Positions 40,222 to 51,061 of a stretch of DNA of 64,000 bases are shown here, one piece after another (the first letter of the stretch is position 1; each line of letters begins with the position of its first letter). Source of the stretch: Candidatus Poribacteria bacterium (lineage in GTDB: Bacteria; Poribacteria; WGA-4E; JAJDTR01). Below the pieces are notes generated by a model. It saw nothing but the letters and a program-made list of their open reading frames with translations. It was not told the DNA's origin and ran no database searches. The stretch is from positions 3,808,001-3,872,000 of the forward strand of contig CBDCTK010000002.1 of NCBI GenBank assembly GCA_965222225.1, written 5' to 3'. A program made the translations under genes and the position numbers.

Positions 40222-41211
40222 TCATAGCAGCCCAACTGCGCGGAGCACCGTTTCCTGTACGGTAAATTCGTGGTCTAGCGAGCGGTCGGGCGATTTTTCG
40301 CCGCGGATGTCCGCCACAAGCGCCCGGAGGCTGTCGATATAGCGCGGTTGATGCTTCACGTCCACTCGCTGCCAACCTTCGGCATAACCGTCCCGATTTT
40401 CGTCAAGACACAGTCGCAGCGCCGGCGGTTCGAGCGGTTCGAGTATCACGCTGCCGCGGGTTCCGTAGACCTCCAAGCGTCTTGATGCACTCGACGACAC
40501 TTCCGATGCGGTCGACTCGAGCGTAACCATTGCGTCCGGATATTCGAGGACGGACGTGGTGTTATCACGAAACCAAGGGAAGGTATGGTCCAAGTTCTGC
40601 GAGAAAAATGTCGCGCGTTCGGGGCGCCCGAGTATGGCGACGATGATATCGAGAAGGTGACATGCGAGAATGAACATAATGCCGCCTTCGCGTTCGCCGC
40701 GGGAATCCCATCGTGTCCACGAGGCCTCGTCCGAACGGCGCGTCGAGATGCGTCCGCGAATTGAGAATATATCGCCCAGTTTCCCGGAATTTGCCCAATC
40801 GAGGAGGAACTGAAATCCCGCGTTATATCGGAACATATAGCCGAGTTGGACACACAGCCCCTTTTCGCGTGCGATGTCCAGAACCGCGCGGAACGCCTCC
40901 AGGTCGTCGCCTGCCGGTTTGTCGAGCCAGACGTGCTTGCCACGTTCAACCGCCGCGCGTGCGTATTCGAGGTTTTTGGACACCCGTCCCTGTACCGCGA
41001 CCCCCACAATGCTCTCATCCTCCAACATCTCCTCCGCGGACGAGAACCAGTTAACCCCCTCATACGCCTCATTGGCGCCGAGTGTAGCGCGAACTTCCGT
41101 TGACGGTTCATAAACGCCCGCGAAATCGACATCGTCGTTTGTTTTCAGTGTCTTCGCCTTTCCGCTGGCGTGGTCGTGCGAGATGCCGTATTGTGCAAAC
41201 CTGATTTTCAT
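40222..41211 (-). CDS. Gfo/Idh/MocA oxidoreductase, paralog 3
   Basis: Same motifs as paralog 1, 329 aa. Confidence 0.9.
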   Translation of the reverse strand: MKIRFAQYGISHDHASGKAKTLKTNDDVDFAGVYEPSTEVRATLGANEAYEGVNWFSSAEEMLEDESIVGVAVQGRVSKNLEYARAAVERGKHVWLDKPAGDDLEAFRAVLDIAREKGLCVQLGYMFRYNAGFQFLLDWANSGKLGDIFSIRGRISTRRSDEASWTRWDSRGEREGGIMFILACHLLDIIVAILGRPERATFFSQNLDHTFPWFRDNTTSVLEYPDAMVTLESTASEVSSSASRRLEVYGTRGSVILEPLEPPALRLCLDENRDGYAEGWQRVDVKHQPRYIDSLRALVADIRGEKSPDRSLDHEFTVQETVLRAVGLL

Positions 41212-41393
41212 TCTGCCTCACCTCCATCTAAATTGAATTTAGTAACGGATGAATCCTTGAACCGTGTTAATTCTTGCCGAATGTCCGTCGTACTGTCAAG
41301 CAAATTCAGCGGAAGCGACAGAACAATCGTACCGAAGGGGGGAGATTCGGGATCTGACGATTGTTCATTCCAAAAGAAATCGCGACCGGGAGA

Positions 41394-41487
41394 GGATCTC
41401 TATCGATAAAAGGAACGGACAGTGACTACGATAGTATCCTACTCACTACGGGATTTACTATCGCCTTCACTATTCGTTCAGTTGATC
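41394..41487. repeat. Nested micro-elements in both orientations
   Basis: Forward unit 41405-41440 inside a reverse remnant; reverse unit 41450-41487 next to GCTCCTAC. Confidence 0.85.
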
Positions 41488-41575
41488 GCTCCTACGGTTG
41501 GTAGCGATTGTTGTTGACCGAGAAGCGAAAGCGGGGTAAAATTCTCCCGCATTTGTCATATGGAATCACCTCTAA

Positions 41576-41786
41576 GAGCCTGTTTGAATAATCGGTGGCA
41601 AAGCCATTTTTAGTTATTTGTCGGAAGTTTTTTCATGTTTTCATTGTTGGCTGCTACATACCTGTCGCCCTGCTGGGGCTTAGGTGCACGGGGTTTTTGG
41701 TGTTTCTATACACCTTCCGCCCCTCTGGGGCTTTAGATGCTAGTGCGCAGTGCGCACCCTACAAACTGTACTTTTCAAACAGGCTC
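41576..41786. mobile_element. IS5/IS1031-like MITE, copy 2 (211 bp)
   Basis: Perfect 13-bp TIR GAGCCTGTTTGAA/TTCAAACAGGCTC, TAA target duplication. Confidence 0.9.
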
Positions 41787-41850
41787 TAAGAGTGATGGAG
41801 AGCATTGACTTTAACCAAATCGAATGATGCCGCATCCGAAGGGTTTGAAG

Positions 41851-43227
41851 ATGGCGGAAGAAACACGTTACCTTGTCCTGGATTCGCGAATCATCGCCGA
41901 CGTTGAGGGGGCAAAACTCACGCTTGGTGAAGTGGCAAAACACCCTGCGAACCCGCTCTTCACCGAGGAGAAACCGTGGGAACCCCGCTACGACAACGTC
42001 TACGCCGATGTCATTTATGACGACGACGAAAAAACCTATAAGTGTTGGTACAACCCGTTTATCGTTGACGCGCGGGTGACCAGCACGCCTCCGGAACGGC
42101 GCCATCCCGACATCATAAAGTACAACGATGTGAAACCGACGGATCGAGAGATAGGGCTATGCTATGCGGTCTCAAAGGACGGAATCCATTGGGAAAAACC
42201 GAATCTGGGCATGGCTGAGTTCGAGGGGGACAAAAGGAACAACATCGTCACGCGCCGCCGCGGCGTCGCAGGCATTTACAAGGATGGCCGCGATCCCGAT
42301 CCGACGAGACGCTACAAGATGTTTTTCTCCGCGAGCAGGGGTACGTTCGTGGCGTTCTCTCCGGACGGCTTGCATTGGGGCGAGCAAATTCCCGTACCGG
42401 GGCACGAGGGCGGTAATCGGCCAAGCGCGTTCTGGTCACCGCATCTCGGCAAGTATGTCGTAATCACCCGACGCAATTCGGATCTCGGCAGGCGCCAAGT
42501 CACGCAGACCGAGTCGTCCGACTTTGTGACCTGGAGGCGGGAGAGGAGCATTCTGGAGGGACCGACTCAGCAACTGCAAACCCACGACATGATTGTCTTT
42601 CCGACGTGCGGCTTGTACATCGGATTGGTAGGGGTGATGGTGTTTCCGGAGGAGGATTCCGATCGTGGAGTGAAGCAGCACGCCGAACTGGCGTGGAGCC
42701 CTGACACCGTCACCTGGCACCGGATACAGGAGGGCACTCCGTTTATCGGACACAGCCCCGCCGAGAAAGAACGGTACGGGGAAACACCTTACGACTGGGG
42801 CACCATCTTCGCCGCCGCGCCGATCTTCCATGACGATGAGGTCCGAATCTATTACGGTGCGGGCGACTGGCACTTCTTCGAATGGCGGAACGGCTACCTC
42901 GCGCTGGCGACGCTCAGACCCGATGGCTGGGCGGGATACGAGCCAATCGCTGCTAAAAGCACGGCGGTGGTTACGACGGAACTAGTGGATTTCGACGGGG
43001 AGACGCTTGGGGTAACCGCCGACGTGGACGATGGCGGCTCGGTTCACGTTGAGGTAGTTAATGAGGAGAACGAGTGCTTGGCGGCGATCCAACCTATTGT
43101 TGATACCGTCACTGACGGTCAAGTGGCGTGGGAGGCAGATGAATCCTTTGTCAGCCTGAACAGTAAGCGTGCGCGTCTGAGATTTCGGCTGCGCAACGCC
43201 AAACTGTACGGCTTCCAGACATGGTAG
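41851..43227 (+). CDS. Beta-propeller glycoside-hydrolase-like protein (GH43/32/130 clan-like)
   Basis: KHPANP, YAVSKDGIHWEKP, SPDGLHW, IYYG, LATLRPDGW. Confidence 0.65.
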   Translation: MAEETRYLVLDSRIIADVEGAKLTLGEVAKHPANPLFTEEKPWEPRYDNVYADVIYDDDEKTYKCWYNPFIVDARVTSTPPERRHPDIIKYNDVKPTDREIGLCYAVSKDGIHWEKPNLGMAEFEGDKRNNIVTRRRGVAGIYKDGRDPDPTRRYKMFFSASRGTFVAFSPDGLHWGEQIPVPGHEGGNRPSAFWSPHLGKYVVITRRNSDLGRRQVTQTESSDFVTWRRERSILEGPTQQLQTHDMIVFPTCGLYIGLVGVMVFPEEDSDRGVKQHAELAWSPDTVTWHRIQEGTPFIGHSPAEKERYGETPYDWGTIFAAAPIFHDDEVRIYYGAGDWHFFEWRNGYLALATLRPDGWAGYEPIAAKSTAVVTTELVDFDGETLGVTADVDDGGSVHVEVVNEENECLAAIQPIVDTVTDGQVAWEADESFVSLNSKRARLRFRLRNAKLYGFQTW

Positions 43228-43242
43228 CCATATGTAGGGTGG

Positions 43243-43278
43243 GATCAAGGGAGCGAATAGCGACCGCGATAGAGTTCC
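43243..43278 (+). repeat. Micro-element in REP GTAGGGTGG..ACTGCCCACC
   Basis: GATCAA GG GA GC GAATA GC GA CC GCGATAG AG TTCC. Confidence 0.88.
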
Positions 43279-43437
43279 ACTGCCCACCAGCCTTTTTCCT
43301 TGTGCGTCTGATTGGACGTTCACCTTCAATTATTCCGCAATGTTTGTCGATTCGAATCGAAATGATTATGATGTAAACCGTATATCCGGTCTAACTAGAA
43401 TTCTTCCGATGCCCGGGACGGGCGAGAGGAACCAGAA

Positions 43438-44502
43438 ATGTCAGAAGCAATACCTTTTAATATCCCGATGATTGACCTATGCGACGAGACAGAGCGTCAT
43501 GTGATCATCGCCCAAGGCACCCCTGAAAGCTACAAAGGGCACCCCACGACGCTCCTGATGCCGGACCAAAAAACCATGTTCTGCGTCTATCCGCTGGGTC
43601 ACGGCGGACCTTCGGCGGTTCTCCAGCGGAGCGACGATGCCGGTCTAACGTGGTCGGATCCGCTGCCCGTTCCGGAGAACTGGAAGACGGCGACCAATTG
43701 CCCGGCGATCTTCCGATTTGTCGGGCCGGACGGCGTGGAACGGCTGTTTGTTTTTGAGGGTTTGAAAAAGATGCGTCAGTCGGTGTCGCTCAACCGCGGC
43801 GAGACGTGGACGCCGTTCGAGGAGAACGGACTGAAAACGGAAATGCCCTTCACCACGATTATCGAAGTCTCCGGGAACCGATTGATGGGCGGATGGAGCC
43901 GGCAGGGACCGACGCTCATCAGCTTCTCCGACGATGGCGGCTTGACGTGGTCGCCCGAACGGGTGCTGGTTGAGAGCGGCGGGAAGTTCCCCGATTCAAA
44001 GCCGTGCGAGCCGGCGTTTGTGCGCTCGCCCGACGGGAAGGAAATCGCGTGTGTGTTGCGGGTCAGCAGCAGTATGAAATGCCGCTCTCTCGCAGTGTTC
44101 AGCGAGGACGAAGGGGAATCGTGGACGGATCCGGTGGAGCTTGACCGCACGATGACGGGGGACCGCCACCAACCGCGCTACTCGTCGGACGGACGTCTCC
44201 TCATCCCCTTCCGCGATAGGACGCTGCACAGCCCAACCTGGGGCCACTTCGTGGCGTGGGTGGGAACGTACGACGATATTCGCAACTGTCGAGCCGGGCA
44301 GTATCGCCTCAAACTGCTGCACAGCTACGACGAGGTGAAAAAGCATGACACCGGCTACCCTGGTGTGGAACTTCTGCCGGACGACACGCTTGTCGTGACG
44401 ACGTATGTCAAGTATAGACCCGGTCCTGAGAAGCAGTCCGTGGTCAGTGTACGGCTAAAGCTGGAGGAGATTGACGCTAAGGCGAAGAGCATGCGCGGTT
44501 AA
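43438..44502 (+). CDS. Sialidase-like BNR/Asp-box protein, copy 1
   Basis: SDDAGLTW, SDDGGLTW, SEDEGESW, CEP, DTGYP. Confidence 0.8.
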   Translation: MSEAIPFNIPMIDLCDETERHVIIAQGTPESYKGHPTTLLMPDQKTMFCVYPLGHGGPSAVLQRSDDAGLTWSDPLPVPENWKTATNCPAIFRFVGPDGVERLFVFEGLKKMRQSVSLNRGETWTPFEENGLKTEMPFTTIIEVSGNRLMGGWSRQGPTLISFSDDGGLTWSPERVLVESGGKFPDSKPCEPAFVRSPDGKEIACVLRVSSSMKCRSLAVFSEDEGESWTDPVELDRTMTGDRHQPRYSSDGRLLIPFRDRTLHSPTWGHFVAWVGTYDDIRNCRAGQYRLKLLHSYDEVKKHDTGYPGVELLPDDTLVVTTYVKYRPGPEKQSVVSVRLKLEEIDAKAKSMRG

Positions 44503-44643
44503 ACCATGGGAAAGACCATAATCAACCCCCGTTTCAAAACAAAATCTTGGAATCGGTTTAGAATTGCCGCCTAACTCGTATCTCTAATTTGCTGTAGGAG
44601 CGATCTCCGAATCGCGACCCTCGGTTTGCGGTAACGCGGTTCT

Positions 44644-44872
44644 GTAGGTTGGGTTGAACGGTCAAACACGAATCCGTGCCAAAGCGGAGGGAGAATCTGA
44701 CTTACAACAACATCCGCCTGTGGATAGACAAAGTGAATCCCAACACCGTATTTCCCGAGTAGCGTATCTGTCGGTTTTCTCTATGCTTGGTGAGGCTATG
44801 AGCGCCATCAAGCACCGGAACGTACGCGAAGGTTTAGGGGTTTGTTGCTCGTTTCCGTTCAACCCGACCTAC
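44644..44872. repeat. Family-A REPIN with expanded loops
   Basis: GTAGGTTGGGTTGAAC-73 nt-GTGAATCCCAAC ... GTTCAACCCGACCTAC. Confidence 0.75.
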
Positions 44873-44981
44873 GAAATATCGCTGAGAAGTTATACCATCT
44901 TGCTTAAATAACAGTGCATATAGTGCTTTCCATGGTCTATTTTGACAACTGTTTCCCTTCACGCGAAACCCCGTATGCGGG

Positions 44982-45070
44982 AATCAAGCGAGTGAATAGC
45001 GAGTGATCAAGGGAGTGGCAAGCGACCGCGATAGAAATCCCATAGAAAATCCTGTGCGATAGAAGGTCCC
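44982..45070 (+). repeat. Nested micro-elements next to a family-B REP half
   Basis: Inner unit 45005-45041; followed by ACTGTTAGTTTGCG. Confidence 0.85.
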
Positions 45071-45247
45071 ACTGTTAGTTTGCGGATTCCAAAATCTAAC
45101 GGATTAGGCAGAATGCGCGGATGATGGAATATTGCCACGAACAACCGAATTTCATGAATCCAATCGGATAGGACCTACGCAAATCTTTCCCATTACGCAT
45201 TATGTATTTCGAGACATTCAGTTACGGAAACCCCAAAGGAGTAAAAC

Positions 45248-46312
45248 ATGTCAGAATCGATACCTTTTAACATCCCAATGATCGACCTGTGCGACGAGAC
45301 GCACCGCCACGTGATTATCGCCCAAGGCACGGCTGAAAGTTACAAGGGGCACCCTACGACGCTGCTGATGCCGGACCAAAAAACGATGTTCTGCGTCTAT
45401 CCGTTGGGGCACGGAGGACCTTCCGCGGTGCTCCAGCGCAGCGACGATGCCGGTCTGACGTGGTCGGATCCGCTGCCCGTCCCGGAGAACTGGAAGACGG
45501 CTACCAACTGCCCGGCCATATTCCGATTTGTCGGGCCGGACGGCGTGGAACGGCTGTTTGTTTTTGAGGGTTTGGGAAAGATGCGCCAATCCGTGTCTCT
45601 TGACCGCGGTGAGACGTGGACGCCGTTCGAGGAGAACGGACTGAAAACCGCAATGCCCTTCACCACCATTATCGAAATCTCCGGGAACCGCTTGATGGGT
45701 GGATGGAGCCGGAAGCCATCGACGCTTATCAGCTTCTCCGACGATGGCGGCTTGACATGGTCGCCCGAACGGGTTCTGGCTGAGAGCGGCGGGAAGTTCC
45801 CCGATTCAATGCCGTGCGAGCCGGCGTTTGTGCGCTCGCCCGACGGGAAGGAAATCGCGTGTGTGTTGCGGGTCAGCAGCAGTATGAAATGCCGCTCTCT
45901 CGCAGTGTTCAGCGAGGACGAAGGGGAAACGTGGACGGATCCGGTGGAGCTTGACCGCACGATGACGGGTGACCGCCACCAACCGCGCTACTCGTCGGAC
46001 GGACGTCTCCTCATCCCCTTCCGCGATAGGACGTTGAATAGCCCGACGTGGGGCCACTTTGTGGCATGGGTGGGAACGTATGACGATCTGCGAAATTGCC
46101 GAGCGGGGCAGTATCGTCTCAAACTGCTGCACAGCTACGACGAGGTGAAAAAGCATGACACCGGCTATCCCGGGGTGGAACTCTTGCCGGACGACACGCT
46201 TGTCGTGACGACGTACGTCAAGTACAGACCGGGACCTGAGAAACAGTCCGTGGTCAGTGTGCGGTTAAAGCTGGAGGAAATTGACGCCAAGGCGGCTAGC
46301 GGGAGGGGTTGA
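45248..46312 (+). CDS. Sialidase-like BNR/Asp-box protein, copy 2
   Basis: Same 354-aa length and near-identical to copy 1; 3' flank also duplicated. Confidence 0.8.
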   Translation: MSESIPFNIPMIDLCDETHRHVIIAQGTAESYKGHPTTLLMPDQKTMFCVYPLGHGGPSAVLQRSDDAGLTWSDPLPVPENWKTATNCPAIFRFVGPDGVERLFVFEGLGKMRQSVSLDRGETWTPFEENGLKTAMPFTTIIEISGNRLMGGWSRKPSTLISFSDDGGLTWSPERVLAESGGKFPDSMPCEPAFVRSPDGKEIACVLRVSSSMKCRSLAVFSEDEGETWTDPVELDRTMTGDRHQPRYSSDGRLLIPFRDRTLNSPTWGHFVAWVGTYDDLRNCRAGQYRLKLLHSYDEVKKHDTGYPGVELLPDDTLVVTTYVKYRPGPEKQSVVSVRLKLEEIDAKAASGRG

Positions 46313-46636
46313 GCCGTGGTGGAAAGATAGTAATCAACCTCCGTTTCTTAGTGAAATTGTATGGCTGGTTTAGAATTGCTGCTTAAATCGTATATCTTAT
46401 TTGCTGTAGGAGCGATCTCCGAATCGCGACCCTAGGTTTGCTGTAACGCAATTCATTCCGTATCCGATTGGTAGTTCACTTGCCTGTAGACCGCAATATG
46501 TGTAAATATTAACGTAAATGAATATAGATGCTATTGCGTTGTCCTGAGAACGTTGTGAATTGAGGTTCGGACGGTGGATGTGGTATACTTTATATTCGCC
46601 TAAACCACGGATTTTGAACAAAGGAGTGTGTAATCT

Positions 46637-47434
46637 ATGTCTATGCAACAGTTGCGCACGCTGACGGAGGAACAGGTGGCGCAATTCAAACTCAACGGTT
46701 TTCTAGCGGTTGAGAATGTTCTATCAACCGAAGAAGTGGAAACTCTCGCGGCGCATAGTGACCTTATTGCCGCCGGCAAGGCAAAGAATATCCCGGACAC
46801 TAGCATTCAAATTGAACCGGCGATTCGCAAGAACGGGAAACCTATCGAAAACCAGGTTTTATCGGTACGCAAACTATATAACTTGGCGGTGTATGATGAC
46901 GTGATGTGGAGTCATGTCACCAATCCCAAAGTTGTGGACATCATTGCCGACCTGCTGGGCACCGATGACATCAAGATGTACGGCGATCAGTTTTTCATGA
47001 AATCGCCCAAGGGAGTCGGCTCCGCGCAGCCGTGGCACCAGGATTCCGCCTCTTGGCGCGACATCTTTCCCATGGATCTGGTGAGTGCGTGGACCTCCCT
47101 AGACCATGCCACCGAGGAGAACGGGTGTTTGAACTTTCTCCCGGGGACGCATCGCTGGGGTATGGTGCGAGGCGAGCGGCTTAAGGTATTTTTGGACGAC
47201 CTCGGCGGGAAGCAGTGGCCCATCGTACTGGCGCCGCTCACCCCCGGCAGCATCAGTTTCCATCACAGTCTTACGCTGCACATGAGCAACGCCAACCTCT
47301 CGGGCAAGCGGCGGCGCGGCTACGCGATACACTATATGCGCGCGGCTTCATGGAAAGATGAATCGGTAACGGACGCGCCGAAAATGCCCCCATTCAAGTC
47401 GGTGAGGGGCAGATCGTTCCCCGGACGGGTATAA
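46637..47434 (+). CDS. PhyH family dioxygenase
   Basis: WHQD, ENGCLNFLPGTH, LHMSNAN...RRG. Confidence 0.9.
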   Translation: MSMQQLRTLTEEQVAQFKLNGFLAVENVLSTEEVETLAAHSDLIAAGKAKNIPDTSIQIEPAIRKNGKPIENQVLSVRKLYNLAVYDDVMWSHVTNPKVVDIIADLLGTDDIKMYGDQFFMKSPKGVGSAQPWHQDSASWRDIFPMDLVSAWTSLDHATEENGCLNFLPGTHRWGMVRGERLKVFLDDLGGKQWPIVLAPLTPGSISFHHSLTLHMSNANLSGKRRRGYAIHYMRAASWKDESVTDAPKMPPFKSVRGRSFPGRV

Positions 47435-47630
47435 GCCTATCTCAACCCGTAGACACGACGCGCAAAGTGATACGGGGACGCTCTTCGCAGCGATGTAAAA
47501 ACTGGCTATGAGCCGACAAAATAGTGGATAAGAAACTGAGTTTTCAAGAAAAAACTCGGTTTCTACGTGGAGTCCAGTCCGAAGTGTTTCTACGATTGCA
47601 GATTCGCAACGAAGGAGATTTATCGAGTTA

Positions 47631-48680
47631 ATGAGTAAATTACGAGTTGGTATAATTGGTTTGGGCGGAATAGGTGATTCCCACTGCGACGCCATAGCGG
47701 CGCTTGACAATGTAGAGGTCGTCGCTGTCGCCGACCTTTTGGAGGAGAAGCGACGTGAAAGCATGGAGAAGTACAATGTCTCCAAGGGGTATGCGTCTCA
47801 CACCGAGTTGCTGAAGGACGACAACGTCGACGCCGTGGCTATCACGCTGGGACATCAACTCCATCATCGCCTCACTGTGGATGCTTGCAACGCCGGCAAG
47901 CACGTATTGGTAGAGAAGCCGATGGCGATTAGTCTGGAACAGTGCGACGAAATGATTGAGGCTGCCGCCGCCAACGATGTCAAGCTGATGGTTGGGTATA
48001 CACAACACTTTTATGGCACAAGCCTGAAGGCAAAGGAGATTCTCGATTCGGGCGCGCTTGGTCCGCTAATCACCGCTGTCTGCTATATGTCCAAGAACTG
48101 GGGTTACTCCTGGCGCCGTCCGCAGTACCGAAGCCGCTACCACGGCGGGGGTATGTGGATCACCAATGGCGTTCATGTGGTAGATCGCCTTACGTGGGTG
48201 ATGGCGTCGCAGGCGGCGTCCGTATCGGCGTCTATCGGTGCGCGCGCGCACTATCAGGCAAGCGACGATTCCGCCACCGCCTTCATTCGATACAAGAACG
48301 GTCTCGCGGGTGTCGCGGTTGCAGTAGGCTACGCTGACGGCGCGCCGAGTTACGAATGCCATGTGATTTGCGCCAACGGATCGCTGCGATTCAGTCAACA
48401 CGGCGAAAAGTTTGTCAAGGTCGGAAAGGGCGATAAATGGGGAGACGTGCCATTTGATGATCCGCCATTTGAGTTCCAAAACGAGTGGAAAGCGTTTGCC
48501 GAAGCGATTGAGCAGAACATAGAGCCGCCAACGCACGGGGAATGGGGTCGCCACATTATGGAGATTATGTTCGCGGCGGAGGAATCGGCGATTACGGGCA
48601 TGGAGATGGAGCTGGAAGATGTTGGCTGGAGCAATCAACGGTCTGGCTCGCCCGTAACCCGCAACCACGGCTGGATTTAA
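47631..48680 (+). CDS. Gfo/Idh/MocA oxidoreductase
   Basis: GIIGLGGIG, GKHVLVEKP, GGG...NGVH. Confidence 0.92.
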   Translation: MSKLRVGIIGLGGIGDSHCDAIAALDNVEVVAVADLLEEKRRESMEKYNVSKGYASHTELLKDDNVDAVAITLGHQLHHRLTVDACNAGKHVLVEKPMAISLEQCDEMIEAAAANDVKLMVGYTQHFYGTSLKAKEILDSGALGPLITAVCYMSKNWGYSWRRPQYRSRYHGGGMWITNGVHVVDRLTWVMASQAASVSASIGARAHYQASDDSATAFIRYKNGLAGVAVAVGYADGAPSYECHVICANGSLRFSQHGEKFVKVGKGDKWGDVPFDDPPFEFQNEWKAFAEAIEQNIEPPTHGEWGRHIMEIMFAAEESAITGMEMELEDVGWSNQRSGSPVTRNHGWI

Positions 48681-48825
48681 GGCTGTAACAATTAATGCCT
48701 CGCCCACATCCTCATTTCCCGTGTGCGGAGCATCGTGCCTTTCCGGCATCCCCATTTCCTGTAGGCGGGGCATCTTGCCCCGCCCGTGACCTCCGTTGGA
48801 GCGCAGCATTGAGTTGAATTTAACA

Positions 48826-48879
48826 AGATCTCTATAGAGTTCCCTAATCCGTCACTTGATCCTATCCAATCGCTTGATT
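48826..48879 (-). repeat. Nested micro-elements in a family-A REP
   Basis: Inner unit 48826-48861 plus outer 5' half abutting GTTCAACCCAACCTAC. Confidence 0.75.
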
Positions 48880-48942
48880 GTTCAACCCAACCTACGATGG
48901 TCGCGAGCTGGAGCTCGCTCCTACAACCCTGGAGGAATTAAC

Positions 48943-49956
48943 ATGAAACGCAACAGCGACCTCCTGCAACACTTCATGGAGCAAAAGCCGTCGTTAGCCC
49001 CAAAACTGGCGTGGCAGGCGACTTCCGTTGAAGAACATCGGGCGTGGCGCCGGGGTTTTGCACGGCGATTGCGTACGCTCTTGGGACGTACACCCCCCGC
49101 AGTGCCTCTCCAAGTTGACTGTGTCGAAGAAGTGGAGACAGAGGGATTCACGCGGCGCAAACTCTACATCCGTTCCGAGGAACACTACTGGGTGCCGGCA
49201 TACCTTTTTCTGCCGAAACATCGGCGTGACGCGGCGCCCGCCATCGTTTGCTTGCACGGTCACAGCGGTATATATCCTTACATTCGCGACGGAAGCGAAG
49301 AACAGCGGGCAAAGTCCAAGAAACTCGATCTGGATTACGCTCCCTACTTTGCCGAAAACGGATATGTGACCATTGCCCCCGTCCAGCGCGGTTGGAATGA
49401 GACCTCCGAGAGTGTCAGTCACAAAGGAAGTGGTTGTCAGCGGATGGTAATGAACAGCTTTCTTACCGGCATGACGCCCGTCGGCTTGCGATGCTGGGAC
49501 GCCTCGCGTCTCGTCGACTACCTGCGGACGCTGGAAGCCGTCGACTCGTCGCGTATCGGCGTCGCAGGGCTGTCGGGCGGCGGTACGATCGCTCTGTTCT
49601 GGGCGGCGATTGAGCCGAGAATCAGGCTCGCCATCGTCGCCGGATACTACTGCACCTTTGCCGATTCCATTTACTCTGTTCATCACTGCCTATGCAACTG
49701 CGTTCCGCACATGCTGGAATGGGGCGAGATGCGGGAGGTCGCCGCCCTGATTGCGCCTCGGCCGCTCCTCGTCATCAGCGGCACGAAGGATCCCATCTTC
49801 CCGATTGAAGCCACTCGACGGGCGTATTCGGACTTGGAACCGGTTTATAATCTCCTCGACGCCCGTCGGGATTTGGAAAAGGACTTCTTTGACGGACCGC
49901 ACGCGTGGAGCAACCGAAAGACGCTGCCTTTCCTCAAGAAGCATATAGGGATTTGA
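48943..49956 (+). CDS. Alpha/beta hydrolase (dienelactone hydrolase/acetylesterase-like)
   Basis: CLHGH, GLSGGG nucleophile elbow, DPIF, GPH. Confidence 0.85.
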   Translation: MKRNSDLLQHFMEQKPSLAPKLAWQATSVEEHRAWRRGFARRLRTLLGRTPPAVPLQVDCVEEVETEGFTRRKLYIRSEEHYWVPAYLFLPKHRRDAAPAIVCLHGHSGIYPYIRDGSEEQRAKSKKLDLDYAPYFAENGYVTIAPVQRGWNETSESVSHKGSGCQRMVMNSFLTGMTPVGLRCWDASRLVDYLRTLEAVDSSRIGVAGLSGGGTIALFWAAIEPRIRLAIVAGYYCTFADSIYSVHHCLCNCVPHMLEWGEMREVAALIAPRPLLVISGTKDPIFPIEATRRAYSDLEPVYNLLDARRDLEKDFFDGPHAWSNRKTLPFLKKHIGI

Positions 49957-50076
49957 AACGCCCAGCCCAGCCATCCACACTGACATGACACGTCCCGCCC
50001 TTCGCTGTTGAACGGTTTGAATTGGCGTGAAGACATTGGGGTAGGTTACACGGGCGGTCATCTGATACAAACCTAA

Positions 50077-50286
50077 GAGCCTGTTTGAAAAGTACAGTTT
50101 GTAGGGTGCGCACTGCGCACCAGCCTCTAACAGCCCCGGAGGGGCGGAAGGTGTGTAGAAACACCGAAACCCTGCGTACCTAAGCCCCAGCGGGGCGACA
50201 GGTATATAGCGGGCAAATACACAAACATGAAAAACTGTCTTCAAATGACTAAAAATAGCTTTGCTGCCGACTATTCAAACAGGTTC
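50077..50286. mobile_element. IS5/IS1031-like MITE, copy 3 (inverted relative to copy 2)
   Basis: GAGCCTGTTTGAA...TTCAAACAGGTTC, TAA duplication; internal sequence homologous to 41576-41786. Confidence 0.9.
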
Positions 50287-50439
50287 TAAGATAGCCTTTA
50301 GTTGAACGTGCAAATTGTACTCATTTGGTCAATAATAGGGATTTTGAGATGAACACCTCCGCTCTGCACGCCAAAGCGGCTCGTGCTGATTGATAGATCT
50401 GTGCTTGAGGTATTCATCATTGATGCGGAGGCCAGTGTT

Positions 50440-50753
50440 ATGTCAGGATTGCGCAAAGAGCTGACACAGAAGCTTAATTTAATACCAGACGTTTATGTTA
50501 ATCTATGGAAAGATTCCGATTTGCTCTGTGTGTTCTATAAAGATAAAGAAGTAGCTCACTTCCAAGGTAACAATGAGCTAGATATAAGGCTAACAAGGGC
50601 TGTTATAAACGTGAAGGGCTTTCGCCCCCGAAGAACACAACTAGCCACCTAGGCAGGTCCAAAAATTCAACGTGGATAGTGCAAGGATTCAGGCGTTCTG
50701 CGCATGTGGATGAAATGGTAAGGTTAGTTAGAATAGCTATTAAACAGCTTTGA
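50440..50753 (+). pseudogene. Frameshifted DUF5519-like small protein
   Basis: KEVAHF..NNELDIRLT continues, after a 1-nt frameshift near 50608, as REGLSPP...SHLGRSKNSTWI...LVRIAIKQL*. Confidence 0.65.
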
Positions 50754-51061
50754 CTTAAGGGAGTTATAAGTTGACGGTAGGCTCATTGAGGCATTTCCTT
50801 CGTCAACCCTCGTTTTCTAGACGTTTATTATTCGGCTTGAATCCAGTGAATATCGGGTTTGAGCCGTTTTTTTGCCCATCAAACTAAGGGTTTTTGAACT
50901 TCTAACCCAACAATCCTTGTTGATTCGGGCGTACAATCCGGGTGAAATGGCTATCATCTAATGAAGATTGTTGGTTTCATCCTTAAGCGGTTTTCTGCTA
51001 TAATCTTGCGGGACGGCAGAATCCAACAACCGATCTATAATACGCACCGAGGGGACTGATT

